Shown: piece after piece, positions 1 through 14,645 of the stretch
Layout of the letters: each line of letters begins with the position of its first letter
Numbering within the stretch: the stretch's first letter is position 1
Assembly: GCA_030390025.1 (NCBI GenBank)
Contig: CM059438.1
Location: forward strand, 59,584,001-59,648,000
Direction: 5' to 3'
Source: Squalus acanthias
Taxonomy: Eukaryota
Length of the DNA: 64,000 nucleotides
The notes under the pieces: model-generated
The model's input: only the letters and a program-made list of their open reading frames with translations
What the model was told of the DNA's origin: nothing
The model's database searches: none
Program-made: the position numbers and the translations under genes

Positions 1-676
1 TTCCCTAATCTGCCACCATTCAGGTAATAGTCCGCCTCTCTATTTTTACCACCAAAGTGGATAACCTCACATTTATCCACATTGTACTTCATCTGCCATA
101 CATTTGCCCATTTACCCAACCTGTCCAAGTCACTCTGTAGCCTCCTAGCATCCTCCTCATTGTTCACACTGCCTCCCAATTTAGTGTCATCCGCAAATTT
201 GGAGATATTACATTTAATCACTTCGTCCAAATCATTAATATATAATGTAAACAGCTGGGGTCCCAGCACCGAACCCTGCGGTACCCCGCTGGTCACTGCC
301 TGCCATTCTGAAAAGTACCCATTTACTCCTACTCTTTGTTTCCTGTGTGCCAACCAGTTCTCAATCCACGTCAACACATTACCCCCAATCCCATGTGCTT
401 TAACTTTGCTCACCAATCTCTTGTGTGGGACCTTGTCGAAGGCCTTCTGAAAGTCCAAATACACCACATCTACTGGTTCCCCCCTGTCCACCCTATTGGA
501 AACATCCTCAAAAAATTCCAGAAGATTTGTCAAGCATGATTTCCCTTTCACAAATCCATGCTGACTTGGACCTATCATGTCGCCACTTTCCAAATGGTCT
601 GTTATGACATCTTTAATAATTGCTTCCATCATGTTACCCACGACCGATGTCAGGCTGACCGGTCTATAATTCCCAG
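1..676 (-). mobile_element. CR1 LINE, RT-domain fragment running off the window start
   Basis: Minus-strand reading gives CR1 ORF2 RT motifs (GNYRPVSLTSVVG, DFQKAFDKVPH, GVPQGSVLGP, FADDTKL). The + strand ORF 82-450 is its antisense shadow. Confidence 0.9.
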
Positions 677-3657
677 TGGAGAATACAGAGTGGAGCTACA
701 ATAGGGGGTGATGTACAGTCAAATATAGAGAAAAAAACAAGTCAGCTTGGAAGACAGGGCAAACATGTAAGAGCAAGGCTGGAAGGCATCTATTTTAATG
801 CAAGGAGTCTAGCGAATAAGGTGGATGAACTGAAGGTGTTGATAAACACATGGGAGTATGATATTGTTGCTATCATGGAGACATGGTTGAGGGAGGGGCA
901 AGACTGGCAGCTCAATATTCCGGGGTACAGAATCTTCAGGCGAGACAGAGGGGGAGGTATAAGAGGAGGGGGTGTCGCAATATTAATTAAGGAATCAATT
1001 ACTGCCATAAGGAGGGATGATATATTAGCAGGTTCCTCCAATGAGGCTATATGGGTGGATCTTAAAAACAAAAAGGGGGCAAGCACTTTGCTGGGAGCGT
1101 ACTATAGGCCCCCAAACAGTCAGGGGGAGATAGAGGAACAGATATGTAGCCAAATCTCAGAGAAATGTGCAAATAATAGGGTAATAATAATGGGGGACTT
1201 CAACTTCCCCAATATTAACTGGGATAGTCAGAGTGTGAAAGGCTTAGAGGGTTCAAAATTCTTAAAGTGCATCCAGGAGAGCTTTTTGAGCCAGCATGTA
1301 GAAAGTCCTACAAGAGAGGGGGCGGTACTGGACCTAATTCTAGGGAATGTGGCCGGCCAAGTGGAAGAAGTGCTAGTAGGTGAGCACTTTGGTGACAGTG
1401 ACCATAATACGGTGAAATTTAAGGTGGTCATGGAAAAGGACAGGGATGGGCCGGAAATAAAGGTTCTAAATTGGGGGAAGGCCGATTTTAATAGGATAAG
1501 GCAGGATCTGGCCAAAATTGACTGGGATCAGCTGCTTGTAGGAAAATCCGCATCGGAGCAATGGGATTCTTTCAGAAGGGAGATTGAGATCATACAATGG
1601 CAGCATGTTCCCGTAAAGGTCAAGGGTGGTTCCAAAAACCCCAGGGAACCTTGGATGTCAGGGGATATACGAGAATGGATCAGGAAAAAAAGGAGGGCTT
1701 TTGGCAGATACAAATAGCTAAAGACGGAGGAAGCACTAGAGGAGTACAAAACGTGCAGGGGGATACTTAAAAAAGAAATTAGGAGATCAAGGAGGGGCCA
1801 TGAAATAACACTGGCGAGCAAAATAAAGGAAAATCCTAAGATGTTTTATAAGTATATTAAGGGTAAGAGGATAACTAGGGAAAAAATAATGCCCATTAGG
1901 GACAAAAGTGGCAATCTGTGTGTAGAGCCGGAAGATGTAGGTGGGGTTCTAAGTGAATTTTTTGCATCTGTTTTCACTATGGAGAAGGACGATGCAGACA
2001 TAAAATTAGGGCAGGGGGACTGTGATATACTCGAACATTTTAACATCGAGAGGGAGGAGGTATTGGCGGTTTTAGCAGGTCTAAAAATGGATAAATCACC
2101 AGGTCCGGACGAAATGTATCCCAGGCTGCTGTGTGAGGCAAAGGAGGAGATTGCGGGGGCTCTAACACATATATTCAGAACCTCTCTGGCCACAGGGGAT
2201 GTGCCAGAGGACTGGAGAACCGCTAATGTAGTACCATTATTCAAGAAAGGGAGTAGGGAAAAACCGGGGAACTACAGGCCAGTGAGCCTAACATCAGTGG
2301 TAGGAAAATTATTGGAAAAAATTCTGAGGGACAAAATTAGTCTCCACTTGGAGAGGCAAGGATTAATCATGGTTAGCCAACATGGCTTTGTCAAGGGAAG
2401 ATCATGTCTGACTAATTTGATTGAATTTTTTGAGGGTGTGACTAGGTGTGTGGATGAGGGTAACGCAGTGGATGTGGTATACATGGATTTCAGTAAGGCC
2501 TTCGATAAAGTCCTGCACAGGAGACTGGTCAAGAAGGTAAGAGCCCATGGAATCCAGGGTGCCTTGGCACATTGGATACAAAACTGGCTCAGTGGCAGAA
2601 GGTGGTGGTCGAAGGTTGTTTTTGTGACTGGAAGCCTGTGGCCAATGGGGTACCACAGGGATCGGTGCTGGGTCACTTGCTGTTTGTGGTCTACATTAAC
2701 GACTTGGATATGAATGTAAAAGGTATGATCAGTAAGTTCGCGGATGATACAAAAATTGGTAGGGTGGTAAATAGCGAGGAGGGTAGCCTCAGTCTGCAGG
2801 ACGATATAGATGGGTTGGTCAGATGGGCGGAACAGTGGCAAATGGAATTTAATCCGGAAAAGTGCGAGGTGATGCACTTTGGAGGGACCAACAAGGCAAG
2901 GGAATACACAATGAATGGTAAGACCCTAGGCAAGACGGAGGGTCAGAGGGATCTTGGTGTGCAAGTACACAGATCCCTGAAGGCGGCGGAACAGGTGGAT
3001 AAGGTGGTAAAAAAGGCATATGGGATACTTGCATTCATTAGCCGAGGCATAGAATATAAGAGCAAGGAGGTTATGATGGAGCTGTATAAAACACTGGTTA
3101 GGCCACATCTGGAATACTGTGTGCAGTTCTGGTCGCCACACTACAGGAAGGATGTGATCGCTTTGGAGAGGGTGCAGAGGAGATTCACCAGAATGTTACC
3201 CGGGCTGGAGTGCTTCAGCTATGAAGAGAGACTGGGCAGATTGGGTTTGTTTTCCTTGGAGCAGAGGAGGCTGAGGGGGGACATGATTGAGGTGTACAAA
3301 ATTATGAGGGGCATAGATAGGATGGATACTAAGGAGCTTTTTCCCTTAGTAGAGGGGTCAATAACAAGGGGGCATAGATTCAAGGTAAAGGGCGGGAGGT
3401 TTAGAAGGGATTTGAGAAAGAACTTTTTCACCCAGAGGGTGGTTGGAGTCTGGAACTCACTGCCTGAATGGGTTGTGGAAGCAGGAACCCTCACAACATT
3501 CAAGAAGCATTTGGATGAGCACTTGAAATGCCATAGCATACAAGGCTACGGACCAAATGCTGGAATATGGGATTAGGTTAGACAGGGCTTGATGGCCGGC
3601 GCGGACACGATGGGCCGAAGGGCCTCTATCCGTGCTGTATAACTCTATGACTCTATA
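677..3657 (+). mobile_element. CR1 LINE with near-complete ORF2 (APE endonuclease + RT), disrupted
   Basis: ORFs 821-1717 (ETWL, GDFN, SDHN), 1841-2713 and 2572-3576 (PQGSVLG, FADDTK, WNSLP). One stop at 1715-1717 and a frameshift near 2600. The 3' UTR ends in GGGCCGAAGGGCC and a short CTCTATGA-type tail. Confidence 0.95.
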
Positions 3658-3699
3658 ATATCTAGTGCAGACCCAAAATTTTAACAGACACACTGAACT

Positions 3700-6600
3700 A
3701 ATGAGAACCAGGTATAGACACACCAGACCAATGAGAACTAATTATGGTCACACCAGACCAATGAGAACAAGTTATGGACACACCAGACCAATGAGAACTG
3801 GTTATGGACACACCAGACCAATGAGAACAGGTTATTGACACACCAGACCAATGAGAACTGGTTATGGACACACCAGACCAATGAGAACTCGTTATGGACA
3901 CACCAGACCAATGAGAGCTGGTTATTGACACACCAGACCAATGAGAACTGGTTATTGACACACCAGACCAATGAGAACTGGTTATTGACACACCAGACCA
4001 ATGAGAACTGGTTATTGACACACCAGACCAATGAGAACTGGTTATTGACACACCAGACCAATGAGAACTAGCTTTTGACACACCAGACCAATGAGAGCTA
4101 GTTATGGACACAACAGACCAATGAGAGCTAGTTATGGACACATCAGACCAATGAGAGCTAGTTATGGACACATCAGACCAATGAGAGCTAGTTATGGACA
4201 CACCAGACCAATGAGAACTAGTTATGGACACACCAGACCAATGAGAACTAGATATGGACACACCAGACCAATGAGAACTAGTTATTGACACACCAGACCA
4301 ATGAGAACTAGTTATTGACACACCAGACCAATGAGAACTAGTTATGGACACATCAGACCAATGAGAGCTAGTTATGGACACATCAGACCAATGAGAGCTA
4401 GTTATGGACACATCAGACCAATGAGAGCTAGTTATGGACACACCAGACCAATGATAACTAGTTATGGACACACCAGACCAATGATAACTAGTTATGGACA
4501 CACCAGACCAATGAGAACTGGTTATTGACACACCAGACCAATGAGAACTAGTTATGGACACATCAGACCAATGAGAACTAGTTATGGACACACCAGACCA
4601 ATGAGAACTAGTTATGGACACATCAGACCAATGAGAGCTAGTTATGGACACACCAGACCAATGAGAACTAGTTATGGACACACCAGACCAATGAGAACTA
4701 GTTATGGACACACCAGACCAATGAGAACTGGTTATTGACACACCAGACCAATGAGAACTAGTTATGGACACATCAGACCAATGAGAACTAGTTATGGACA
4801 CACCAGACCAATGAGAACTAGTTATGGACACATCAGACCAATGAGAGCTAGTTATGGACACACCAGACCAATGAGAACTAGTTATGGACACATCAGACCA
4901 ATGAGAACTAGTTATGGACACACCAGACCAATGAGAACTGGTTATTGACACACCAGACCAATGTGAACTAGTTATGGACACATCAGACCAATGAGAACTA
5001 GTTATGGGCACATCAGACCAATGAGAACTGGTTATTGACACACCAGACCAATGAGAACTAGTTATGGACACATCAGACCAATGAGAACTAGTTATGGACA
5101 CACCAGACCAATGAGAACTAGTTATGGACACATCAGACCAATGAGAACTAGTTATGGACACATCAGACCAATGAGAACTGGTTATTGACACACCAGACCA
5201 ATGAGAACTAGTTATGGACACATCAGACCAATGAGAACTAGTTATGGACACACCAGACCAATGAGAACTAGTTATGGACACATCAGACCAATGAGAACTA
5301 GTTATGGACACACCAGACCAATGAGAACTAGTTATGGACACATCAGACCAATGAGAGCTAGTTATGGACACACCAGACCAATGAGAACTAGTTATGGACA
5401 CACCAGACCAATGAGAACTAGTTATGGACACACCAGACCAATGAGAACTGGTTATTGACACACCAGACCAATGAGAACTAGTTATGGACACATCAGACCA
5501 ATGAGAACTAGTTATGGACACACCAGACCAATGAGAACTAGTTATGGACACATCAGACCAATGAGAACTAGTTATGGACACATCAGACCAATGAGAACTA
5601 GTTATGGACACACCAGACCAATGAGAACTAGTTATGGACACACCAGACCAATGAGAACTAGTTATGGACACACCAGACCAATGAGAACTAGTTATGGACA
5701 CATCAGACCAATGAGAACGAGTTATGGACACACCAGACCAATGAGAGCTAGTTATGGACACACCAGACCAATGAGAACTAGTTATGGACACACCAGACCA
5801 ATGAGAACAAGTTGTGGACACACCAGACCAATGAGAACTAGTTATGGACACATCAGACCAATGAGAACTAGTTATGGACACACCAGACCAATGACAACTA
5901 GTTATGGACACACCAAACCAATGAGAACTAGCTTTTGACACACCAGACCAATGAGAACTGGTTATTGACACACCAGACCAATGTGAACTAGTTATGGACA
6001 CACCAGACCAATGAGAACTAGTTATGGACACACCAGACCAATGAGAACTAGTTATGGACACACCAGACCAATGAGAACTGGTTATTGACACACCAGACCA
6101 ATGTGAACTAGTTATGGACACACCAGACCAATGAGAACTAGTTATGGACACATCAGACCAATGAGAACTAGTTATGGACACACCAGACCAATGAGAACTA
6201 GTTATGGACACACCAGACCAATGACAACTAGTTATGGACACACCAGACCAATGACAACTAGTTATGGACACACCAGACCAATGAGAACTAGTTATGGACA
6301 CACCAGACGAATGAGAGCTAGTTATTGACACACCAGACCAATGACAACTAGTTATGGACACACCAGACCAATGACAACTAGTTATGGACACACCAGACCA
6401 ATGAGAACTAGTTATGGACACACCAGACCAATGAGAACTAGTTATTGACACACCAGACCAATGAGAACTAGTTATGGACACACCAGACCAATGAGAACAA
6501 GTTGTGGACACACCAGACCAATGAGAACTAGTTATGGACACATCAGACCAATGAGAGCTAGTTATGGACACACCAGACCAATGAGAACTAGTTATGGACA

Positions 6601-9600
6601 CACCAGACCAATGACAACTAGTTATGGACACACCAGACCAATGAGAGCTAGTTATGGACACATCAGACCAATGAGAACTAGTTGTGGACACACCAGACCA
6701 ATGAGAACTAGTTATGGACACACCAGACCAATGAGAACTGGTTATTGACACACCAGACCAATGAGAGCTAGTTATGGACACATCAGACCAATGAGAGCTA
6801 GTTATGGACACACCAGACCAATGAGAGCTAGTTATGGACAATTCAGACCAATGAGAGCTAGTTATGGACACACCAGACCAATGAGAACTAGTTATGGACA
6901 CACCAGACCAATGATAACTAGTTATGGACCCACCAGACCAATGAGAACTAGTTATGGACATATCAGACCAATGAGAGCTAGTTATGGACACACCAGACCA
7001 ATGACAACTAGTTATGGACACACCAGACCAATGTGAACTAGTTGTGGACACATCAGACCAATGATAGCTAGTTATGGACACATCAGACCAATGAGAACTA
7101 GTTATGGACACATCAGACCAATGAGAGCTAGTTATGGACACACCAGACCAATGACAACTGGTTATGGATACACCAGACCAATGAGAACTAGTTATGGACA
7201 CACCAGACCAATGAGAGCTAGTTGTGGACACATCAGACCTATGAGAACTAGTTATGGACACATCAGACCAATGAGAGCTAGTTATGGACACACCAGACCA
7301 ATGAGAGCTAGTTATGGACACACCAGACCAATGTGAACTAGTTATGGACACACCAGACCAATGAGAGCTAGTTATGGACACATCAGACCAATGTGAACTA
7401 GTTATGGACACACCAGACCAATGAGAGCTAGTTATTGACACACCAGACCAATGTGAACTAGTTATGGACACACCAGACCAATGAGAGCTAGTTATGGACA
7501 CATCAGACCAATGAGAACTGGTTATTGACACACCAGACCAATGTGAACGAGTTATGGACACACCAGACCAATGAGAGCTAGTTATGGACACATCAGACCA
7601 ATGAGAACTAGTTATGGACACACCAGACCAATGAGAACTGGTTATGGACACACCAGACCAATGAGAGCTAGTTATGGACACATCAGACCAATGAGAACTG
7701 GTTATTGACACACCAGACCAATGTGAACTAGTTATGGACACACCAGACCAATGAGAGCTAGTTATGGACACATCAGACCAATGAGAACTGGTTATTGACA
7801 CACCAGACCAATGTGAACTAGTTATGGACACACCAGACCAATGAGAGCTAGTTATGGACACATCAGACCAATGAGAACTGGTTATTGACACACCAGACCA
7901 ATGTGAACTAGTTATGGACACACCAGACCAATGAGAGCTAGTTATGGACACATCAGACCAATGAGAACTGGTTATTGACACACCAGACCAATGTGAACTA
8001 GTTATGGACACACCAGACCAATGAGAGCTAGTTATGGACACATCAGACCAATGAGAACTAGTTATGGACACACCAGACCAATGAGAGCTAGTTATGGACA
8101 CACCAGACCAATGTGAACTAGTTATGGACACATCAGACCAATGAGAGCTAGTTATGGACACACCAGACCAATGACAACTAGTTATGGACACACCAGACCA
8201 ATGAGAACTAGTTAATGACACACCAAACCAATGAGAACTGGTTATGGACACATCAGACCAATGAGAACTAGTTATGGACACACCAGACCAATGAGAGCTA
8301 GTTATGGACACATCAGACCAATGAGAACTAGTTATGGACACACCAGACCAATGAGAGCTAGTTATGGACACACCAGACCAATGTGAACTAGTTATGGACA
8401 CATCAGACCAATGAGAGCTAGTTATGGACACACCAGACCAATGACAACTAGTTATGGACACACCAGACCAATGAGAACTAGTTAATGACACACCAAACCA
8501 ATGAGAACTGGTTATGGACACATCAGACCAATGAGAGCTAGTTATGGACACACCAGACCAATGAGAACTAGTTATTGACACACCAGACCAGTGAGAACTG
8601 GTTATGGACAAACCAGACCAATGAGAACTAGTTATGGACACACCAGACCAATGAGAACTGGTTATTGACACATCAGACCAATGAGAACTGGTTATTGACA
8701 CATCAGACCAATGAGAACTGGTTATTGACACATCAGACCAATGAGAGCTAGTTATGGACACACCAGACCAGTGAGAACTAGTTATGGACACACCAGACCA
8801 ATGAGAACTAGTTATGGACACACCAGACCAATGAGAGCTAGTTATGGACACACCAGACCAGTGAGAACTGGTTATTGACACACCAGACCAATGAGAACTA
8901 GTTGTGGACACACCAGACCAATGAGAACTAGTTATGGACACACCAGACCAATGAGAACTAGTTAATGACACACCAAACCAATGAGAACTGGTTATTGACA
9001 CACCAGACCAATGAGAACTGGTTATTGACACACCAGACCAATGAGAACTGGTTATTGACACATCAGACCAATGAGAGCTAGTTATGGACACACCAGACCA
9101 ATGAGAACTAGTTATGGACACACCAGACCAATGAGAACTGGTTATTGACACACCAGACCAATGTGAACTAGTTATGGACACATCAGACCAATGAGAACTA
9201 GTTATGGACACATCAGACCAATGAGAGCTAGTTATGGACACATCAGACCAATGAGAACTAGTTATGGACACACCAGACCAATGAGAGCTAGTTATGGACA
9301 CATCAGACCAATGAGAACTAGTTATGGACACACCAGACCAATGAGAACTAGTTATGGACACATCAGACCAATGAGAGCTAGTTATGGACACACCAGACCA
9401 ATGAGAGCTAGTTATGGACACATCAGACCAATGAGAACTAGTTATGGACACACCAGACCAATGAGAGCTAGTTATGGACACATCAGACCAATGAGAACTA
9501 GTTGTGGACACACCAGACCAATGTGAGCTAGTTGTGGACACATCAGACCAATGAGAACTAGTTATGGACACATCAGACCAATGAGAACTAGTTATGGACA

Positions 9601-10305
9601 CATCAGACCAATGAGAGCTAGTTATGGACACACCAGACCAATGAGAGCTAGTTATGGACACATCAGACCAATGAGAACTAGTTATGGACACACCAGACCA
9701 ATGAGAGCTAGTTATGGACACATCAGACCAATGAGAACTAGTTGTGGACACACCAGACCAATGTGAGCTAGTTGTGGACACATCAGACCAATGAGAACTA
9801 GTTATGGACACATCAGACCAATGAGAGCTAGTTATGGACACACCAGACCAATGAGAGCTAGTTGTGGACACATCAGACCAATGAGAACTGACACATCAGA
9901 CCAATGAGAACTAGTTATGGACACACCAGACCAGTAAGAACTAGTTATGGACACACCAGACCAATGTGAACTAGTTGTGGACACATCAGACCAATGAGAA
10001 CTAGTTATGGACACATCAGACCAATGAGAACTAGTTATGGACACACCAGACCAGTGAGAACTGGTTATTGACACACCAGACCAATGTGAACTAGTTGTGG
10101 ACACACCAGACCAATGAGAACTAGTTATGGACACATCAGACCAATGAGAGCTAGTTATGGACACACCAGACCAATGAGAACTAGTTGTGGACACACCAGA
10201 CCAATGAGAACTAGTTATGGACACATCAGACCAATGAGAGCTAGTTATGGACACACCAGACCAATGAGAGCTAGTTGTGGACACACCAGACCAATGAGAA
10301 CCAGC
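3700..10305. repeat. 30-bp minisatellite (CACCAGACCAATGAGAACTAGTTATGGACA), ~220 copies
   Basis: Exact 30-bp register from 3721 to ~9890, one short deletion, then register resumes. Degenerate units on both flanks. Confidence 0.99.
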
Positions 10306-10680
10306 AATTCGAACTATTGAGAACCAGATATAGGCACACTGAGCCAATGAGAATCAGACAAAAACAATTAGAAGTGAATATGGAAGACATTGAACCAATG
10401 AGAATCTGGTATGGGGCACACATATGGATCACAATAAGAATGAGCCGTACAACATTTTACAAATGGCCATGTTGACTGGGGCTGAGCTAGTGCCCTGTAA
10501 TGAGCATTGCAAGGACTCTGCTTCTATCTACTCAGGGCAATGATCAAACAGCTTTAACCATTCTCTACTTCTTTTAAGGTGTCAAAAAGAATGCAAATAT
10601 CTAGCTTGAAACAGCATTTTCTTATGTAGGTGCAAACGAGAAAGGTGCCAATTCAGGTTGGCTATTACAGGACCCACCTG

Positions 10681-13600
10681 CAATATCCACAGGTGGGACC
10701 CGCAATATCCACAGGTGGGACCTGTAATATCCACAGGTGGGACCTGTAATATCCACAGGTGGGACCTGTGACATTCAACAGGTGGGACCCGTAATATCCA
10801 CATCAGAGCAATGGGAGTCTTTCAGAAAGGAAATAGAGAGAGTACAACGCCAACATGTTCCTGTAAAGGTCAAGGGTGGGACCAACAAGCCCAGGGAACC
10901 CTGGATATCAAGGGATATACAAGAATGGATTAGGGAAAATAGGGAGGCTTTTGGCAGATACAAAGGACTAAAATCAGTGGAAGCCCTAAAGGAGTATAGA
11001 AAGTGCAGGGGGGTGGTTCAAAAAGAAATTAGGAGAGCGAAGAGGGGGCATGAAAAAACACTGGCGGGCAAAATAAAGGAAAATCTCAAGGTGTTTTATA
11101 AGTATATTAAGGGCAAGAGGATAACCAGGGAAAGAGGAGGGCCCATTAGGGACCAAAGTGGCAAACTGTGTGTAGAGCCGGAAGATGTAGGTGAATGAAT
11201 ATTTTGCATCTGTGTTCACTATGGAGAAGGGTGATGCAGCCATAGAAATCAGGTAGGGGGTTTGTGATATACTTCAACAAATTAATATTGAGAGGGAGGA
11301 GGTACTAGTGGTTTTAGCAGGCTTAAAAGTGGATAAATCCCCAGGCCCTGACGGGATGTATCCCAGGCTGCTGTGTGAGGCAAGGGAGGAGATTGCAGGG
11401 GCTCTGACACAAATTTTCAGAACCTCTCTGGCCACAGGGGATGTGCCAGAGGACTGGAGAACAGCTAACGTAGTACTGTACCATTGTTCAAGAAGGGTAG
11501 TAGGGATAAACCAGGGAATTACAGGCCAGTGAGCCTAACATCAGTGGTAGGGAAATAATTGGAAAAAATTCTGAGGGACAGAATTAGTCTCCACTTGGAG
11601 AGGCAAGGAATAATCAGGGATAGTCAGCATGGCTTTGTCAGGGGGAGATCATGTCTGACTAATTTGAATTTTTTGAGGGGGTGACTAGGTGTGTGGATGA
11701 GGGTAGTGCAGTTAATGTAGTCTACATGGACTTCAGTAAGGCTTTTGACAAAGTCCCACATGGGAGACTGGTCAAGAAGGTAAGAGCCCATGGGATCCAG
11801 GGCAATTTGGCACATTGGATCCAAAATTGGCTTAGTGGCAGGAGGCAGAGGGTGATGGTCGAAGGTTGTTTTTGTGACTGGAAGCCTGTGTCCAGTGGTG
11901 TACCGCAGGGATCGGTGCTGGGTCCTTTGCTGTTTGTAGTGTACATTAATGATTTAGATATGAATGTAGGAGGTATGATCAGTAAGTTTGCAGATGACAC
12001 GAAAATTGGTGGAGTGGTAAATAGCGAGGAGGGAAGCCTCAGGCTACAGGACGATATAGACGGGATGGTTAGATGGGCAGAACAGTGGCAAATGGAATTT
12101 AACCCTGAAAAGTGTGAGGTGATGCATTTTGGGAGGACTAACAAGGCAAGGGAATACACAATGAATGGTAGGATCCTAGGAAGGACAGAGGATCAGAGGG
12201 ACCTTGGCGTGCATGTACATAGATCCCTGAAGGCAGCAGGACAGGTAGATAAGGTGATTACAAAGGCATATGGGATACTTGCCTTCATTAGCCGAGGCAT
12301 AGAATATAAGAGTAGGGAGGTTATGATGGAGCTGTACAAAATGCTAGTTAGGCCACAGCTGGAATACTGTGTGCAGTTCTGGTCGCCACACTATAGGAAG
12401 GATGTGATTGCATTGGAGAGGGTGCAGAGGAGATTCACCAGGATGTTACCTGGGCTGGAGCGCTTCAGCTATGAAGAGAGACTGGACAGGCTGGGGTTGT
12501 TTTCCTTAGAGCAGAGAAGGCTGAGGGGGGACATGATTGAGGTGTACAAAATTATGAAGGGCATGGATAGGGTAGATAGAAAGGAACTTTTCCCCTTAGT
12601 AGAGGGGTCAATAACCAGGGGGCATAGTTTCAAGGTAAGGGGCAGGAGGTTTAGAGGGGATTTGAGGAAAAACTTTTTCACCCAGAGAGTGGTTGGAATC
12701 TGGAACTCACTGCCTGAAAGGATGGTTGAGGCAGGAACCCTCACAACATTCAAGAAGCATTTAAATGAGCACTTGAAGCCCATAGCATACAAGACTACGG
12801 ACCAAGTGCTGGAAAATGGGATTAGAATAGACAGGGCTTGATGGCCGGCGCGGACACGATGGGCCGAAGGGCCTCTTTCTGTGCTGTATAACTCAATGAC
12901 TCTATCCATAGGTGGGACCTGTAATATCCATAGGTGGGACCTGTAATATCCACAGGTGGGACCTGTAATATCCACAGATGGTATCTGTAATATCCACAGG
13001 TGGGACCTGTAATATCCACAGATGGTATCTGTAATATCCACAGGTGGGACCTGTAATATCCACAGATGGGACCCGCAATATCCACAGGTGTGACCTGTAA
13101 TATCCACAGGTGGGACCTGTAATATCTACAGGTGGGACCCGCAATATCCACAGGTGGGACCCGTAATATCCACAGGTGGGACCTGTAATATCCACAGATG
13201 GTATCTGTAATATCCACAGGTGGGAGCTGTAATCCACAGGTGGGACCTGTAATATCCACAGGTGGGACCCGTAATATCCACAGGTGGGACCCGTAATATC
13301 CACAGGTGGGACCTGTAATATCCAACAGGTGCGACCTGTAATATCCACAGGTGGGACCTGTAATATCCACAGGCGGGACCCGCGATATCCACAGGTGGGA
13401 CCTGTAATATCCACAGGTGGGACCTGTAATATTCTCAGGTGGGACCCGCAATATCCACAGGTGGGACCTGTAATATCCACAGGTGGGACCCGTAATATCC
13501 ACAGGTGGGACCTGTAATATCCACAAGTGGGACCTGTAATATTCTCAGGTGGGACCTGTAATATCCACAGGTGGGACCCGCAATATCCACAGGTGGGACC

Positions 13601-14637
13601 TGTAATATCCACAGGTGGGACCTGTAATATCCACAGGTGGGACCCGTAATATCCACAGGTGGGACCTGTAATATCCACAGGTGGGACCTGTAATATCCAC
13701 AGGCGGGACCCGCGATATCCACAGGCGGGACCTGTAATATCCAACAGGTGGGACCTGTAATATCCACAGGTGGGACCTGTAATATCCACAGGTGGGACCC
13801 GTAATATTCTCAGGTGGGACCCGTAATATTCTCAGGTGGGACCCGTAATATCCACAGGTGGGACCCGTAATATCCACAGGTGGGACCTGTAATATCCACA
13901 GGTGGGACCTGTAATATCCACAGGTGGGACCTGTAATATCCACAGGTGGGACCTGTGACATATCCACAGGTGGGACCTGTAATATCCACAGGTGGGACCT
14001 GTGACATTCAACAGGTGGGACCTGTAATATCCACAGGTGGGACCCAGAATATCCACAGGTGGGACCTGTGACATTCAACAGGTGGGACCTGTAATAGCCA
14101 CAGGTGTGACCTGTGACATTCAACAGGCGGGACCTGTAATATCCACAGGTGGGACCCAGAATATCCACAGGTGGGACCTGTGACATTCAACAGGTGGGAC
14201 CTGTAATATCCACAGGTGTGACCTGTGACATTCAACAGGTGGGACCCGTAATATCCACAGGTGGGACCTGTAATATCCACAGGTGGGACCTGTGACATTC
14301 AACAGGTGGGACCTGTAATATCCACAGGTGTGACCTGTGACATTCAACAGGTGGGACCTGTAATATCCACAGGTGGGACCTGTAATATCCACAGGTGGGA
14401 CCTGTAATATCCACAGGTGGGACCTGTGACATTCAACAGGTGGGACCTGTAATATCCACAGGTGTGACCTGTGACATTCAACAGGTGGGACCTGTAATAG
14501 CCACAGGTGGGACCTGTAATAGCCACAGGTGGGACCTGTGACATTCAACAGGTGGGACCTGTAATATCCAACAGGTGGGACCTGTAATATCCACAGGTGG
14601 GACCTGTGACATTCAACAGGTGGGACCTGTAATATAC
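10681..14637. repeat. 22-bp minisatellite (ACAGGTGGGACCTGTAATATCC), split by a CR1 insertion
   Basis: Units at 10681-10800 and 12905-14637. Each unit contains ACAGGT-GGG-ACCTGT. Confidence 0.97.
10797..12905 (+). mobile_element. 5'-truncated CR1 LINE (RT), same family as 677-3657
   Basis: ORFs 10737-11198, 11308-11532 and 11681-12841 closely parallel the 677-3657 element, with the same 3' UTR and tail. Confidence 0.95.
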
Positions 14638-14645
14638 AACCTGAA

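Noticed and set aside
821..3576. Active CR1 or domesticated RT gene
   Set aside because: In-frame stop at 1715-1717, frameshift near 2600 and no ORF1.
3698..9871. 2057-aa Ser/His/Trp repeat ORF (SITSSHWSGV)n
   Set aside because: A 30-bp unit with no stop in one frame gives this automatically. There is no unique N- or C-terminus, signal peptide or splice context.
12822..14544. Overlapping Cys/His-rich ORFs suggesting zinc fingers (also 53308-54806)
   Set aside because: They are translations of minisatellites in several frames.
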